A DNA stretch of 60,887 nt, counting the filler, from Barthelona sp. PAP020 (Eukaryota), in the NCBI GenBank assembly GCA_040182905.1. It is 2 parts of 2 records of this genome, joined end to end, with 100 filler letters (N's around TTAATTAATTAA, not from the genome) between each part and the next. Parts side by side here need not be neighbours in the genome. Positions count along the whole stretch, not along the records: positions 30,526 to 60,887 come from JARQWU010000114.1; 1 more part is not named here. The stretch is one strand, 5' to 3'. Position 1 is the first letter of the stretch; each line of letters starts with the position of its first letter. A program made the translations under genes and the position numbers. This document shows, piece by piece, positions 41,786 through 52,308 of the stretch. The notes below the pieces were generated by a model. The model searched no databases. It was not told where the DNA came from and saw only the letters and a program-made list of their open reading frames with translations.

Positions 41786-44700
41786 TTACAAATCAACATA
41801 ATGCATCGCCTCATTATCTGTTAAAGTATCTGAAGGATCTACTGACTGGATATAAGCTTTTAAAGCGTTAAAATTATGAATATATTCAACAGGTAATAAA
41901 ACATTTTCTGTAATTGAAGTGATTTTGCACGATATTTGATATTTTTTGAAAAAAATTGACCTAATATTGACATCCATATTTCTAATTAAATGTCTAAATA
42001 TTAAAAAAATGGAAGTTTCTTCATTTTCACAATTGCTTAATTTATAATATAATATTCCTGCAAAAAAATACAAGATTTTATTTTTATCAAAAATGTTTTG
42101 AATATTTTGAAAATTATAAAATAACTTTAACAAATCCACAATTGAAGATGTATTTTTAGGATATTCAATGAATTTTTGATAAATATTTGAATTTGAGTCA
42201 ATGTAAAGATCAAAAAAATCTCTTTGATCAATCAAAACAAAGAAATTTTTCAAAAAGTTCGAACTTTTCAAATGTTTTGAAAAATTAAACCATAGATACA
42301 ACATCTCTTCTTCATTAATAATGCTTGGATGTTTGGATAAATACCAAATCAAGATATCAAAAAAATCTTGTGTAATCTGGGGTTTTTCAACATATGAAAA
42401 CCAATAATTCATTAAATAAGTGATAATATTGTCATTGAACAAATTCATTGTTTCATTGGGAAAAGAACTCAACACTTTAATAACAAGTTCCCCATCAAAA
42501 AAGGAAAAACAGTTGATATTATGTTCAAAGAATAAAGCTTTAAATATTTTAAAAAGAATGTTGAACCAATTGATAAAAGCTTCATCGTCACATTTTTTGA
42601 AATGATTTTCAATTTTCTTTGAACTTACTAAAACTAAAATGCAAGAGATAGTTTCAAAAGGTAAGTTTCTGCTGAAAACATAAGTAATTATGAAATCTAA
42701 AAATTCAGGATGATGGTAGAAATAATCGCGAAAATTTTTCTTTTCAAAATGCTTTAAAAAGTCGATGACTTTCTTTGCTGAATCAATATTATGATAGTAT
42801 AATTGAAATAGAGGTTTAGTTTGATTCAAATAATTCTTTTTTAACAATTCTATCGCTTTTATCAGGGGTTTATCTTCTGAAATTCCTTTTTTCTGTTTGA
42901 TCACTTCACTATCATCCATTTCAGTCTCAGATTCAGTTTCTACAGTCTCAATATCAAGAGATTGAAAGAATTCTTCTTGATTCGTATTCATTATCAATTT
43001 AAAATCAATATCTTTGCTTTTCTTACCCTTTTCAGACGAGGAATCTTCTTCAATAACAATTTCTTCTTCAACTGTTGAACATTGTTCAAATGTAGCTACT
43101 TCAAAAGTATCTGCTGCATTTCCAAATAAATTGACTTCCAAACTGCTGATTTCAATGATGTTGAACAAATCAATCAACTCTTTATAATCATATAAACTTT
43201 TGAAATGTTTGTAAGTGTGGAAATTTTGATTTGAAAAATTGATAAATTTATCAAATTTTTCCAAATGTTTATAAATTATCATAACAATTTCAAATAGCTT
43301 TTCTTTTTCATTATCATCAATACATTCCATGGATAGATTGAACAAATCGAATTGTGGCAATTTTAACAATTTAATTATGGGTATCAATAAACACAAAATC
43401 ACATGAGAATCAAGGTTTTTCAGTAAAACATCAACAATATACTCTTCAAAATGACAAATATCTTTCTCACTCAATTTTACAACAATATCATATTTTTCAA
43501 TCAATTTCAATGCAAAAATACTCAAAAAACATGATAAATACATTGGATTTAAAGGAGTATCATTAACTTCATTCAAATGAAAAAAAGTCCATCTCAAACA
43601 TAATAAAACGAACTCAACTTGCAATTTATAACTAGTCAATGAGTACATAATATTCAAAACCTGTGGTAACGTGAAAAAATCAATACACATACCTTTGTTG
43701 AAAATATTTGAAATATTCAAACTCAACAATCCATTTAACCATCTTTCTTGCTGATACACATCAATAAAAGGAATCAATTCTGCAAAATTATAAACAAAAG
43801 AACTTGATTTGACGTTGTCTTTTGGTAAATATGGACAAATCAAGCTATTCAACTTGATTTCAAATGTTTTATATATTAACAGTAAAGTTTTAAAATATAA
43901 ACAAAGTTCATTCTCTTCATGAGAAAAGTTTGAAAATTCGAGGTTAATTTTATCAAAAATTTCAATTACAAAATGCATAGAATCATCAATAATTTGAAAA
44001 TCAATAATAAATGAAAAAATTTTCATAAAGTTCAACAAATTTTTTGTTGTTGGAAATTTCAAAATAAATTTTATATATTTGTTCAAAATTTCAACGTTTG
44101 GGAAAAACTTACCAAATAAAGTTTGAAAATCAATTGAAATTGAGGTTAAGATAATGTCTTTAAAATTCAAAAAATTTATCAAAAGATCTTGAATTTCAAG
44201 GAAAATATTTGAAGAATATTCAAGTATTGAGATATAAATTTGTTCAGAATTCAAATCTAGAATATCAAAATACTGGGCAAATAATAGAGGTAAACCAGCT
44301 ATCAATATGTTATGTTTTGATAAGATTTTCGCAAATTTGTCAATATTTTTTTGAGTTTGTGTTGATATTGTGGAATTATCATTGTTAAAACTCAATACAT
44401 TAGCATTATCTTGTAAAAATAATAGATAAAACAAACAAATCAAAAAATAGTCATTGTCTAAACAAATAAATGTGTTTATTAACTTAATTAAGTCCATTGC
44501 ATTATTGCTTTTAATATTACCAACAACTAACATATTAACAGTCAAACTATCTATTATAATTTGATTCTTTATCAAAGAAAACATGTGTATGTCCAAAAAT
44601 TGTTGAATTATTTCTTTCAAACTTTTGGAACCAAAGAATTTATGAGAATTCGGTAATAAATCTTGAATAGAACATTGAAAAAATCCAACAGGATTTAAAT

Positions 44701-46624
44701 CCTTTAATTTTATGCACAATTCAATAATTTCATCAGAAATAACTTCATTGTAATCATATAAACTTGATTGATATTGAACAAAACATAACAATTCTAGCAA
44801 AACACAATATCTCAATCGAAAATAGGCACATTCCTTGCGATTATGTATTAAATCACTTGCAGATTCAATCGAATAATCTTGTAATAATTGAGGTAAATCA
44901 AGATTCAACTTTTGAATCAAAATATTTTTCCAAACTTTCAAAACGTTTTTAAACTCCATAAAACTCCTAAATTCGTAATGTTCATTCACAAAAGAGCATT
45001 CTCTTCTCAACAAACGTATCCATACAATCATCATTTCTATTGAATTTCTGTTGAAATTCTCATATTCATCCATTAATTCTTCATTTATAGTTGCCTCAAA
45101 ATAATCAATGTTAACTAACTTACATAGGGGAAAAAATTCCCCAAATAAGGTCAACAATCGATAATATTCTTGAAAATTATCATGACAGTGTATTGATATC
45201 AAATTAACTACATTCACTTCTGTACATAATCTTTTTAACCAAAAATCAAATGGTGAACGTTCAGTTTTATTTAATTTACATGCTAAAAGAACACAACGAT
45301 TATATAAACTTTCAAAACGATTATCATCATCATTTTTAAGATGTTGTTGAAAAAATGAAACCAATCGAACACAGAAACCCAATAAATTTATATCATAATT
45401 TTCAAAAGTTTCAATATTTCCCAAATTTTCAAACTTTTGAAAACTTTTATTGCGTAACAAATCATTCTTTGAAAATAATAGGCTATGAGAACGATTTATA
45501 GATGTTGTTTTTATTCTTTCCAATTTATTACCTTTTTGAAACCATTCATTTATATTATTTCTAACTGTAATTGAAACTGTCAATCCAAAGATTTTGAAAA
45601 ATAATGGTTCAACAATTTCTAAATTTTTAATGCTAGCATCATCTTGAAAAATTGCAAGACAGAAGTATTGATAACAAATTTCCAATAATAATTCAATGTA
45701 TTCTTTTAAAATAAACATGTAATTAATGTTTTGTGTTTGTTTGGTTTTATCAATAAATCTAACGTTATTTCCATCTAATAATTCTTGATCTGAAAATAAA
45801 TGATAAAATAATGACACATCACCAGTAACATCAATCAATTCTAATATGAAACTAATATTTTGCTTAAAAACAAACAATAAATCAATTCTCTTTCTCATTT
45901 TACTCTCAAAAAAAAGAGTCTTAATTAATTCAATATGGTAAATATCAGGAAACATCGTAAAAAGCATCGTAGCCGTATCCTTTCCAGAAAAATCAACAAA
46001 ATATCTCAATAAATTCAACAATGATTCCTTTATCAATATAGAATCAATATGTTTTCTTTGATACCTCCAACAACTTTGAGTAATTGTAGGTATAATATAC
46101 ATCTTTGATTTCTTATAATCATGAGATAAAAATTTCCCCAAATCAAAAAATAGATTAAAAAAATGGTAGATCAAAATCGAATAAATTGCTTCAGTTTCCT
46201 CTAAATGTGTGTTTATACATTGAAAATATTTAACCATTGTATAAAAAAAGGGATTTAAAACATAATTCTTAATTTTTTCATCTGAATCTAAAGTCGTTTT
46301 ATAAAAAGTATCGGATAACATTATTCTCTTTATTAAACCATTCAACAACATGGTAAAATCAATCCATAGTCGAATAGGATATAAGGTTTCAGATAAAACT
46401 CTATCATTTAAAGAAAATATCGTGTTAACAATATTTGTTTGAAAAAAAATAGTTTCATCATTAAAATCATTCATCTTATATAATAAATTTAAACAATTAT
46501 TATGAATATTTCTCAAATCTATTGTTAATTGTGTATTATTTTTTTCATTTTCATATTGTTTCCTTTTTAATCTTAAATATAGAGTTTCAGTTAACTCTAT
46601 TATCATTTTTGCATTTTCTTCCAT
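41786..46624 (-). CDS. Large hypothetical protein, probably alpha-solenoid
   Basis: Uninterrupted 1612-aa ORF, rich in F/I/L/N/K, with one acidic linker; no recognised motif. Confidence 0.75.
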   Translation of the reverse strand: MEENAKMIIELTETLYLRLKRKQYENEKNNTQLTIDLRNIHNNCLNLLYKMNDFNDETIFFQTNIVNTIFSLNDRVLSETLYPIRLWIDFTMLLNGLIKRIMLSDTFYKTTLDSDEKIKNYVLNPFFYTMVKYFQCINTHLEETEAIYSILIYHFFNLFFDLGKFLSHDYKKSKMYIIPTITQSCWRYQRKHIDSILIKESLLNLLRYFVDFSGKDTATMLFTMFPDIYHIELIKTLFFESKMRKRIDLLFVFKQNISFILELIDVTGDVSLFYHLFSDQELLDGNNVRFIDKTKQTQNINYMFILKEYIELLLEICYQYFCLAIFQDDASIKNLEIVEPLFFKIFGLTVSITVRNNINEWFQKGNKLERIKTTSINRSHSLLFSKNDLLRNKSFQKFENLGNIETFENYDINLLGFCVRLVSFFQQHLKNDDDNRFESLYNRCVLLACKLNKTERSPFDFWLKRLCTEVNVVNLISIHCHDNFQEYYRLLTLFGEFFPLCKLVNIDYFEATINEELMDEYENFNRNSIEMMIVWIRLLRRECSFVNEHYEFRSFMEFKNVLKVWKNILIQKLNLDLPQLLQDYSIESASDLIHNRKECAYFRLRYCVLLELLCFVQYQSSLYDYNEVISDEIIELCIKLKDLNPVGFFQCSIQDLLPNSHKFFGSKSLKEIIQQFLDIHMFSLIKNQIIIDSLTVNMLVVGNIKSNNAMDLIKLINTFICLDNDYFLICLFYLLFLQDNANVLSFNNDNSTISTQTQKNIDKFAKILSKHNILIAGLPLLFAQYFDILDLNSEQIYISILEYSSNIFLEIQDLLINFLNFKDIILTSISIDFQTLFGKFFPNVEILNKYIKFILKFPTTKNLLNFMKIFSFIIDFQIIDDSMHFVIEIFDKINLEFSNFSHEENELCLYFKTLLLIYKTFEIKLNSLICPYLPKDNVKSSSFVYNFAELIPFIDVYQQERWLNGLLSLNISNIFNKGMCIDFFTLPQVLNIMYSLTSYKLQVEFVLLCLRWTFFHLNEVNDTPLNPMYLSCFLSIFALKLIEKYDIVVKLSEKDICHFEEYIVDVLLKNLDSHVILCLLIPIIKLLKLPQFDLFNLSMECIDDNEKEKLFEIVMIIYKHLEKFDKFINFSNQNFHTYKHFKSLYDYKELIDLFNIIEISSLEVNLFGNAADTFEVATFEQCSTVEEEIVIEEDSSSEKGKKSKDIDFKLIMNTNQEEFFQSLDIETVETESETEMDDSEVIKQKKGISEDKPLIKAIELLKKNYLNQTKPLFQLYYHNIDSAKKVIDFLKHFEKKNFRDYFYHHPEFLDFIITYVFSRNLPFETISCILVLVSSKKIENHFKKCDDEAFINWFNILFKIFKALFFEHNINCFSFFDGELVIKVLSSFPNETMNLFNDNIITYLMNYWFSYVEKPQITQDFFDILIWYLSKHPSIINEEEMLYLWFNFSKHLKSSNFLKNFFVLIDQRDFFDLYIDSNSNIYQKFIEYPKNTSSIVDLLKLFYNFQNIQNIFDKNKILYFFAGILYYKLSNCENEETSIFLIFRHLIRNMDVNIRSIFFKKYQISCKITSITENVLLPVEYIHNFNALKAYIQSVDPSDTLTDNEAMHYVDL

Positions 46625-47328
46625 AATGTTAAGTTCACATCATGATGAAAAAAGTACAATTTGAATTATTCCTTTCATATTTTTCCTTTGCCTTTGCAAA
46701 AGACTAATAAAGCAGGTTTACAAACAGTTAAATATTAATCATTTATTCAAAAAGATTATCAATAATGAAGAAGTTTTGTCCATTTAATCATCACCATCAA
46801 AATTGTTTAATGGAAACCTCAAATGTTTTACACAATATTATACTGAATATGGATATGAAATAATCTCTTTGTCGCTTTTGCAACATTCTTTTAAAGATTT
46901 AAAGCAATTGGTTAAATATTACTCAACATCAACACAATATTATTTTCGTTATTGAAAGTTTTGATGGTGAAATTCATAATTTTTTGTATTTTTGAATGGC
47001 AAATAAAGCAAAAAGAGGTTCATTTTTATTATAGTGTTGAAAATGCTGAAAAAGCTCACTTTTTTTTTGAAAATTGTTCTGAAGTCATAATACTCTTGCA
47101 TAAACTCCTATGGTTAGTCTCTTTGAAGAGTATTTGAGAAAAAAAAGCTCTTTTTCCACATTGAATGTGCAAAAGTTTTCATGGTTATTTCATTTCACGC
47201 TTCAAATGGTGTAAGATAGAACACTGTCTGAAATAGGAAAAGATAATTATGGCATTTGGAACAAATTTCTAAGTTCAAAATGACTATGTGAAATTTTTGT
47301 TTTCTTGTTTTATTATTTGTTTTAATCG

Positions 47329-48543
47329 ATGAACAAAACAAATAACACAAATAAGGAGATCATTTGTGAAATGTTACCTTTATTGATTGATAATGAATCG
47401 ATGAAAATTTGGGATGTAGAAGTTTCTGGCAGTATGTATGATTGTGGTTTTTCTTTAAATGATAAATATTTTGTGTTTGGAAGTTCTGAAGCAGATGTTT
47501 ATTTCTTTGATGGAAAATCATGGGATCTTAAACGCCATTTAAGGCATCACAAAGATCATATTTCAGGTGTTCTTGATGTAGCTTTTTCCCGAAATGGAGA
47601 GATGGTAGCAACATGTTCTGGAGGCAGTACTATCATTGTTTCTAATCTTCGAGATTTCTCTGTGAAACGATTGAAAAATAACACCAGCACTTTTGGTATT
47701 TGTTTTTCTCATTGTTCTAATTATTTTTATTCTGGAGATACAAATGGAAATCTCAAGAAATGGAACTTGAATACTCGACGAACTGTTTGTATGACAAGAC
47801 TTCACAGTTATTTTTATAGAAAAATAATTTTGTCACCAGATGGAAAGCTTTTGTTAACTATTAACACCGATCATGCGGTTAGATTGATTGACCCTGATAA
47901 TTTATCAGTCATTCACATGTTCAGTCATGATTATGAAGTCACAGCGATTGATTTCCACCCAAATCAAAAAATGATTGCTGTTGCTGATCAATCAAACAAA
48001 GTAAAGCTTTGGAATTGGCAGATGGATAGTACATCCCTTCTTCATTCATTTGATATTGGAGGGCAAGCATATTCCCTTATTTTTTTGAATTCTACCATCT
48101 TAATTATTATGTCTAGTGATGGATATATCAGCCTATTCAATGTATTCACCTTTGAAGAAATACAGAAAATATATTGTGGTTGTGATGGTCTAAGTAAAGG
48201 CTTAGCTGTATCATCTGACAAACTACAGCTGCTGTGTGAAAACTTCAATGATAACACAATTAGGATATATCCATTAGTTGGAAATTGCCACCCTTCTCAA
48301 TATCCCAAACTCGTTGAATTGTCAAAGGATGATGGTTATGTGTTGTCGAATCTCATTGATATGAATATAGACACTCAGACCATCAGACAATTGGTAGCTG
48401 CGGGTGTTTATATGAATGAAGGAGAATTCAAGATGATTGTGGATACCTGTTGGGATTTAGTTGATATCAATGAAGCTAATGGAGGCAATATGGGTGGTTT
48501 TATGATATCTCAATGTGATGGTAGTGAAGATGATTTAGACTAA
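47329..48543 (+). CDS. WD40-repeat protein with conserved uncharacterised C-terminal domain (paralogue of 13278-14447)
   Basis: Shares GICFSHCSNY.YSGD.NGNLKKW, AIDFHP, MS.DGYI, IRQLVAAG and DTCWDLVD.N..NGGNM with the other copy. Confidence 0.9.
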   Translation: MNKTNNTNKEIICEMLPLLIDNESMKIWDVEVSGSMYDCGFSLNDKYFVFGSSEADVYFFDGKSWDLKRHLRHHKDHISGVLDVAFSRNGEMVATCSGGSTIIVSNLRDFSVKRLKNNTSTFGICFSHCSNYFYSGDTNGNLKKWNLNTRRTVCMTRLHSYFYRKIILSPDGKLLLTINTDHAVRLIDPDNLSVIHMFSHDYEVTAIDFHPNQKMIAVADQSNKVKLWNWQMDSTSLLHSFDIGGQAYSLIFLNSTILIIMSSDGYISLFNVFTFEEIQKIYCGCDGLSKGLAVSSDKLQLLCENFNDNTIRIYPLVGNCHPSQYPKLVELSKDDGYVLSNLIDMNIDTQTIRQLVAAGVYMNEGEFKMIVDTCWDLVDINEANGGNMGGFMISQCDGSEDDLD

Positions 48544-49201
48544 AAAAGAATCAATAAATGATTGGTGTTAGCCTTCTTTTGTATCTTATTTGGACTGCTA
48601 AAACAAGAAATTAGTTCATTTTTTCGAATTCAAGTTGTAAAAGTTTTGAGTTAAAGAATTTATAAAATTTCACTTTATAATGAGACTCTTTGTAAAACAA
48701 TCAAAAAAGAGTTCAAAATTTGATAATTGTCTGTTTTACCATAGAAATTGTAGCATTAGGCAGCATAAAAATCCGGGTTTTTTTAAATATTAGTTAATTG
48801 TGGAAGAATTATAAGTTTGATATTGACACTTTGTGAGGATTATTGTAATAAATTTGGTGGCCAGTCATTTCAATGAGGTTATGAACTTTATAAATATGAG
48901 AAATCGATAATTAGTTGAAATAAAAGGAGTAAAACAAAAGCATACACCAAAAGGAAAAACGTTGAATTGATGGATAACAAAAGATTAAAAAAAAAGTTTT
49001 ACATCATACTTTCAACAATGCTAGCATAAATATTTGACCAAAAGCACTTCCAATTTCCCCCATTGTTTCACTCCTCAAAATTTTGACAAGATACTGAATT
49101 TGATAAATATGTGTTGAAAGCATCAATTTTGACCGATAGTTTGTATGTGTAAAAGGGTTTCTGGCCATCTCAAATTTGTTCCTGGAGTAAAATCATCCAT
49201 T

Positions 49202-51385
49202 TTAATGGTGTTTCAAAAGCTCAACGATTTCCACATGTTCCTTAGTCATTGCAATATCCATGGGCTTCCATCTTTGTTGAACTTTCAGATTTACATCAGC
49301 TCCATGGTCTAACAAAAGTTTTACGACAGCACGATGTCCATTTTGACAACTGATATATAATGGCGAAGTTAGATCATTCATACACAAGTTGACATTAGCA
49401 CCATTGTTCAAAAGCAGTTTAGCAGTACAAAAATGTCCAAGTTGACAACTGATAAACAATGGAGACGCGCCCTCATTCATACAAAAATTTATATCAGCAC
49501 CATGATGCAAAAGAATTCTTGCAATTTCAAGGTTACCGTTTTGACAACTAATGAACAATGCAGAACACCCATCATTCATACATGAATTCACATCAGCTCC
49601 ATTAACCAAAAGCATTTTAACCACTGACAGATTTCCCATTTGACAAGCAATACACAATGGAGAAGCACCCTCATTCATACATAAATTAACATCAGCACCA
49701 TTATCCAAGAGCATTTTGGCAATATCAAGATGATCTTCTTGACAACTTATGTATAATGGAGAAGCACCCTCATTCATACATAAATTAACATCAGCACCAT
49801 GATCTAAGAGCATTTTGACAACATCAAGATGACCTTCTTGACAAGCAATATATAATGGAGAAACACCATTATTCTTGCATAAATTAATATCAGTTCCGTA
49901 AACCAAAAGCATTTTGGCAATATCAAGATGACCTTCTTGACAACTTATGTATAATGGAGAAGCACCATCATTCATACATAAATTAACATCAGCTCCATGA
50001 TCAAAGAGCATTTTAACAATATGAAGATGACCAACTTCACAACAAATAAATAAAGGAGAAGCACCATTACTCTTACACAAATTAATATCTGCTCCATGAA
50101 GCAAAAGCATTTCAACCACTGCAAAATTACCATTTTGACAACCAATATACAATGGAGAACAACCATTTTTTTTACACAAATTCGCGTTGGCACCAAAATC
50201 CAATAAAAGTTCCACAATATCTTCACTTCCACAACCAGCAGATCCAAACAACGATGTTCGTCCTTCCTTTCCCTGCTTGTTTAAATCAACACCAGCTTTA
50301 ATGCATTGTTTAACAATTAACAAGTTTCCATCACAAGCCGCATAATAGATCTTCTTTGGACGACCATCATTTTCAAACCCATCCACATCAAACCCATCTG
50401 GAACAACAATTTGGTCAATTTTATGCTTAACAGATGGGTTCCTATAAACTTTGTCGATAATCATCTTCAGATAATCAGTAATCAATTCAAAAGAAGGACG
50501 ATTTTTTGGATCTTTCTCTAAACACAGTTTTACAATAGAATGGCCCGGAACTGAACTGATTATTTCATCAGAATACGGCAATTTACCCTGGACCAAATTT
50601 CTATACATTTTTCTTTCATCAATACCTTCAAATGGACGAATACCTGTCATTACATAAAGCATCATCACAGCAAAAGCCCATACGTCAACAGCTTTCCTAT
50701 TTATTTCGTCATTATTATCGCATAGGAGAATTTCAGGGGAAATGTATGCAATGGCACCAACTATGGAAACCATAGAAAGACTGTTGACATCCTTTGCAGA
50801 CCCAAAATCGCTCAAAGCAGGAATGAACCTTCCTGCACCGCTTTTCCTCAAGAGAACATTGTTGGGCTTCAAATCTCCATGCATTAAACCGCATTCATGA
50901 CAATAATCTAAAGTAGAAGCAATCTGCATTAGAATTGTTAGTTTGTCCAACACTGAAAGCTTAGGTATTTCATGTTCCAGAACACCATCACAAAATTCCA
51001 TCACTACACCAATATTTCCATTAATTTCTGTCATTCCATGAATTTGACGAATGAATGGATGATTTAAGGTCATTGGCATAAATTCTTTGAGCAAATCATG
51101 TTCTTCGGGTTTTTTATGAAAAAACTTGATAATTACAGTGATTCCACACCTTTCTGCGGTGGTCAAATATGCAAATCCACCACTGGCAAAAACATGGTTA
51201 ACTATTTTAAAAGTTGACCCAGGAATATCGGTAATTTTCAAAGAATTCATGAGATCTGAAAATGAATCCAAATTCTCATCCCAATTTTTCCTCTTTGATT
51301 GCCAGTTCTCTAAAAAATTAACATCAACTTCCTTTTCCTGCAAAATATTTTTTTCAATGGATAAATCATCATCTTCAACAACCAT
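49202..51385 (-). CDS. Protein kinase (TKL-like) with ~12 C-terminal ankyrin repeats
   Basis: ASGGFA, VIIK, HGDLKPNNVLL, DFG, YISPE, DVWAF; then 33-aa repeats G.SPLYI.CQ.GH...VKMLL..GADVN. Confidence 0.95.
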   Translation of the reverse strand: MVVEDDDLSIEKNILQEKEVDVNFLENWQSKRKNWDENLDSFSDLMNSLKITDIPGSTFKIVNHVFASGGFAYLTTAERCGITVIIKFFHKKPEEHDLLKEFMPMTLNHPFIRQIHGMTEINGNIGVVMEFCDGVLEHEIPKLSVLDKLTILMQIASTLDYCHECGLMHGDLKPNNVLLRKSGAGRFIPALSDFGSAKDVNSLSMVSIVGAIAYISPEILLCDNNDEINRKAVDVWAFAVMMLYVMTGIRPFEGIDERKMYRNLVQGKLPYSDEIISSVPGHSIVKLCLEKDPKNRPSFELITDYLKMIIDKVYRNPSVKHKIDQIVVPDGFDVDGFENDGRPKKIYYAACDGNLLIVKQCIKAGVDLNKQGKEGRTSLFGSAGCGSEDIVELLLDFGANANLCKKNGCSPLYIGCQNGNFAVVEMLLLHGADINLCKSNGASPLFICCEVGHLHIVKMLFDHGADVNLCMNDGASPLYISCQEGHLDIAKMLLVYGTDINLCKNNGVSPLYIACQEGHLDVVKMLLDHGADVNLCMNEGASPLYISCQEDHLDIAKMLLDNGADVNLCMNEGASPLCIACQMGNLSVVKMLLVNGADVNSCMNDGCSALFISCQNGNLEIARILLHHGADINFCMNEGASPLFISCQLGHFCTAKLLLNNGANVNLCMNDLTSPLYISCQNGHRAVVKLLLDHGADVNLKVQQRWKPMDIAMTKEHVEIVELLKHH
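49205..50350 (-). repeat. 99-bp coding tandem repeats (ankyrin array)
   Basis: Long shared nucleotide strings recur at 99- and 198-bp spacing, e.g. aatggagaagcaccctcattcatacataaattaacatcagcaccat. Confidence 0.9.
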
Positions 51386-52308
51386 TATTGATTAAAAAGA
51401 ATAAATGAAAAAACTGAATTTTTTTTTTCTATCATTTTTGAACTTTTTGTAAGTTTTCAGTCGATTTATCAATCATTAATAAGAAGTGTTAATCAAAGAA
51501 ATGGCATGAACAGATCAATAAATTTGAATGTTGATTCCTTTCATTGATCATGTGATTTCCTTTTTCAAATTTATATGCACATTTATACCTCATAATATTT
51601 TTGTAAGCTTTATTAGTGTGTGTATATCACAATATTTATTTATTTGGAAATTTTTTGCAAAAATCATCCCAATCCTTTTTTCATATTTGATTATTTTTTT
51701 TTGTTCATATTCAGATGAATTAGGAATTGAAGGAGACTTTATTTTTTAAATGTGAAACAACCACATTCTCTCATGCTTTTTCATTCTCAAGGAGTGTTCT
51801 TTTTTCATTTGCTTTCATCATTTGCTTTCATATGGGGACTTAATCATTTGAAGAATTGCTTTAGACCAGCTTTGTACTCCCCAAGACTTTTATCGTTAAT
51901 TTCCTTCACAATAACGGCTCTTACTGTTGAGCTTTTGTTCTGTTAATGAAATAAATCAAATTTATGAAAGTTTTTGTCAAATTTTTTTGTTTCCGTCAAT
52001 TTTTCCGAGGAAGAAACCAACAAAGCTCAACAAAAAGTAATTTAAGTATCAACCAAAACAATGACGCTTCGTTTTCACATTCTCATCAACCTTTAACCTT
52101 TTCTTTAGTTGCAAATGAGAAATTTCAGCAGATTCTAAGTGACACCCAATAATTACACAGATAACATCCGTACAAAGTGTTGAGGAAATGGAAATTTCAA
52201 TAAGCAATGTGTAAAAATTTGTGCTTTAAAAAGAAAATTCGCAACAAATAAACCTGTACAAATTTACATGATACGGTGACAAAAAATCAAAATGAAAATG
52301 ATAAACGC

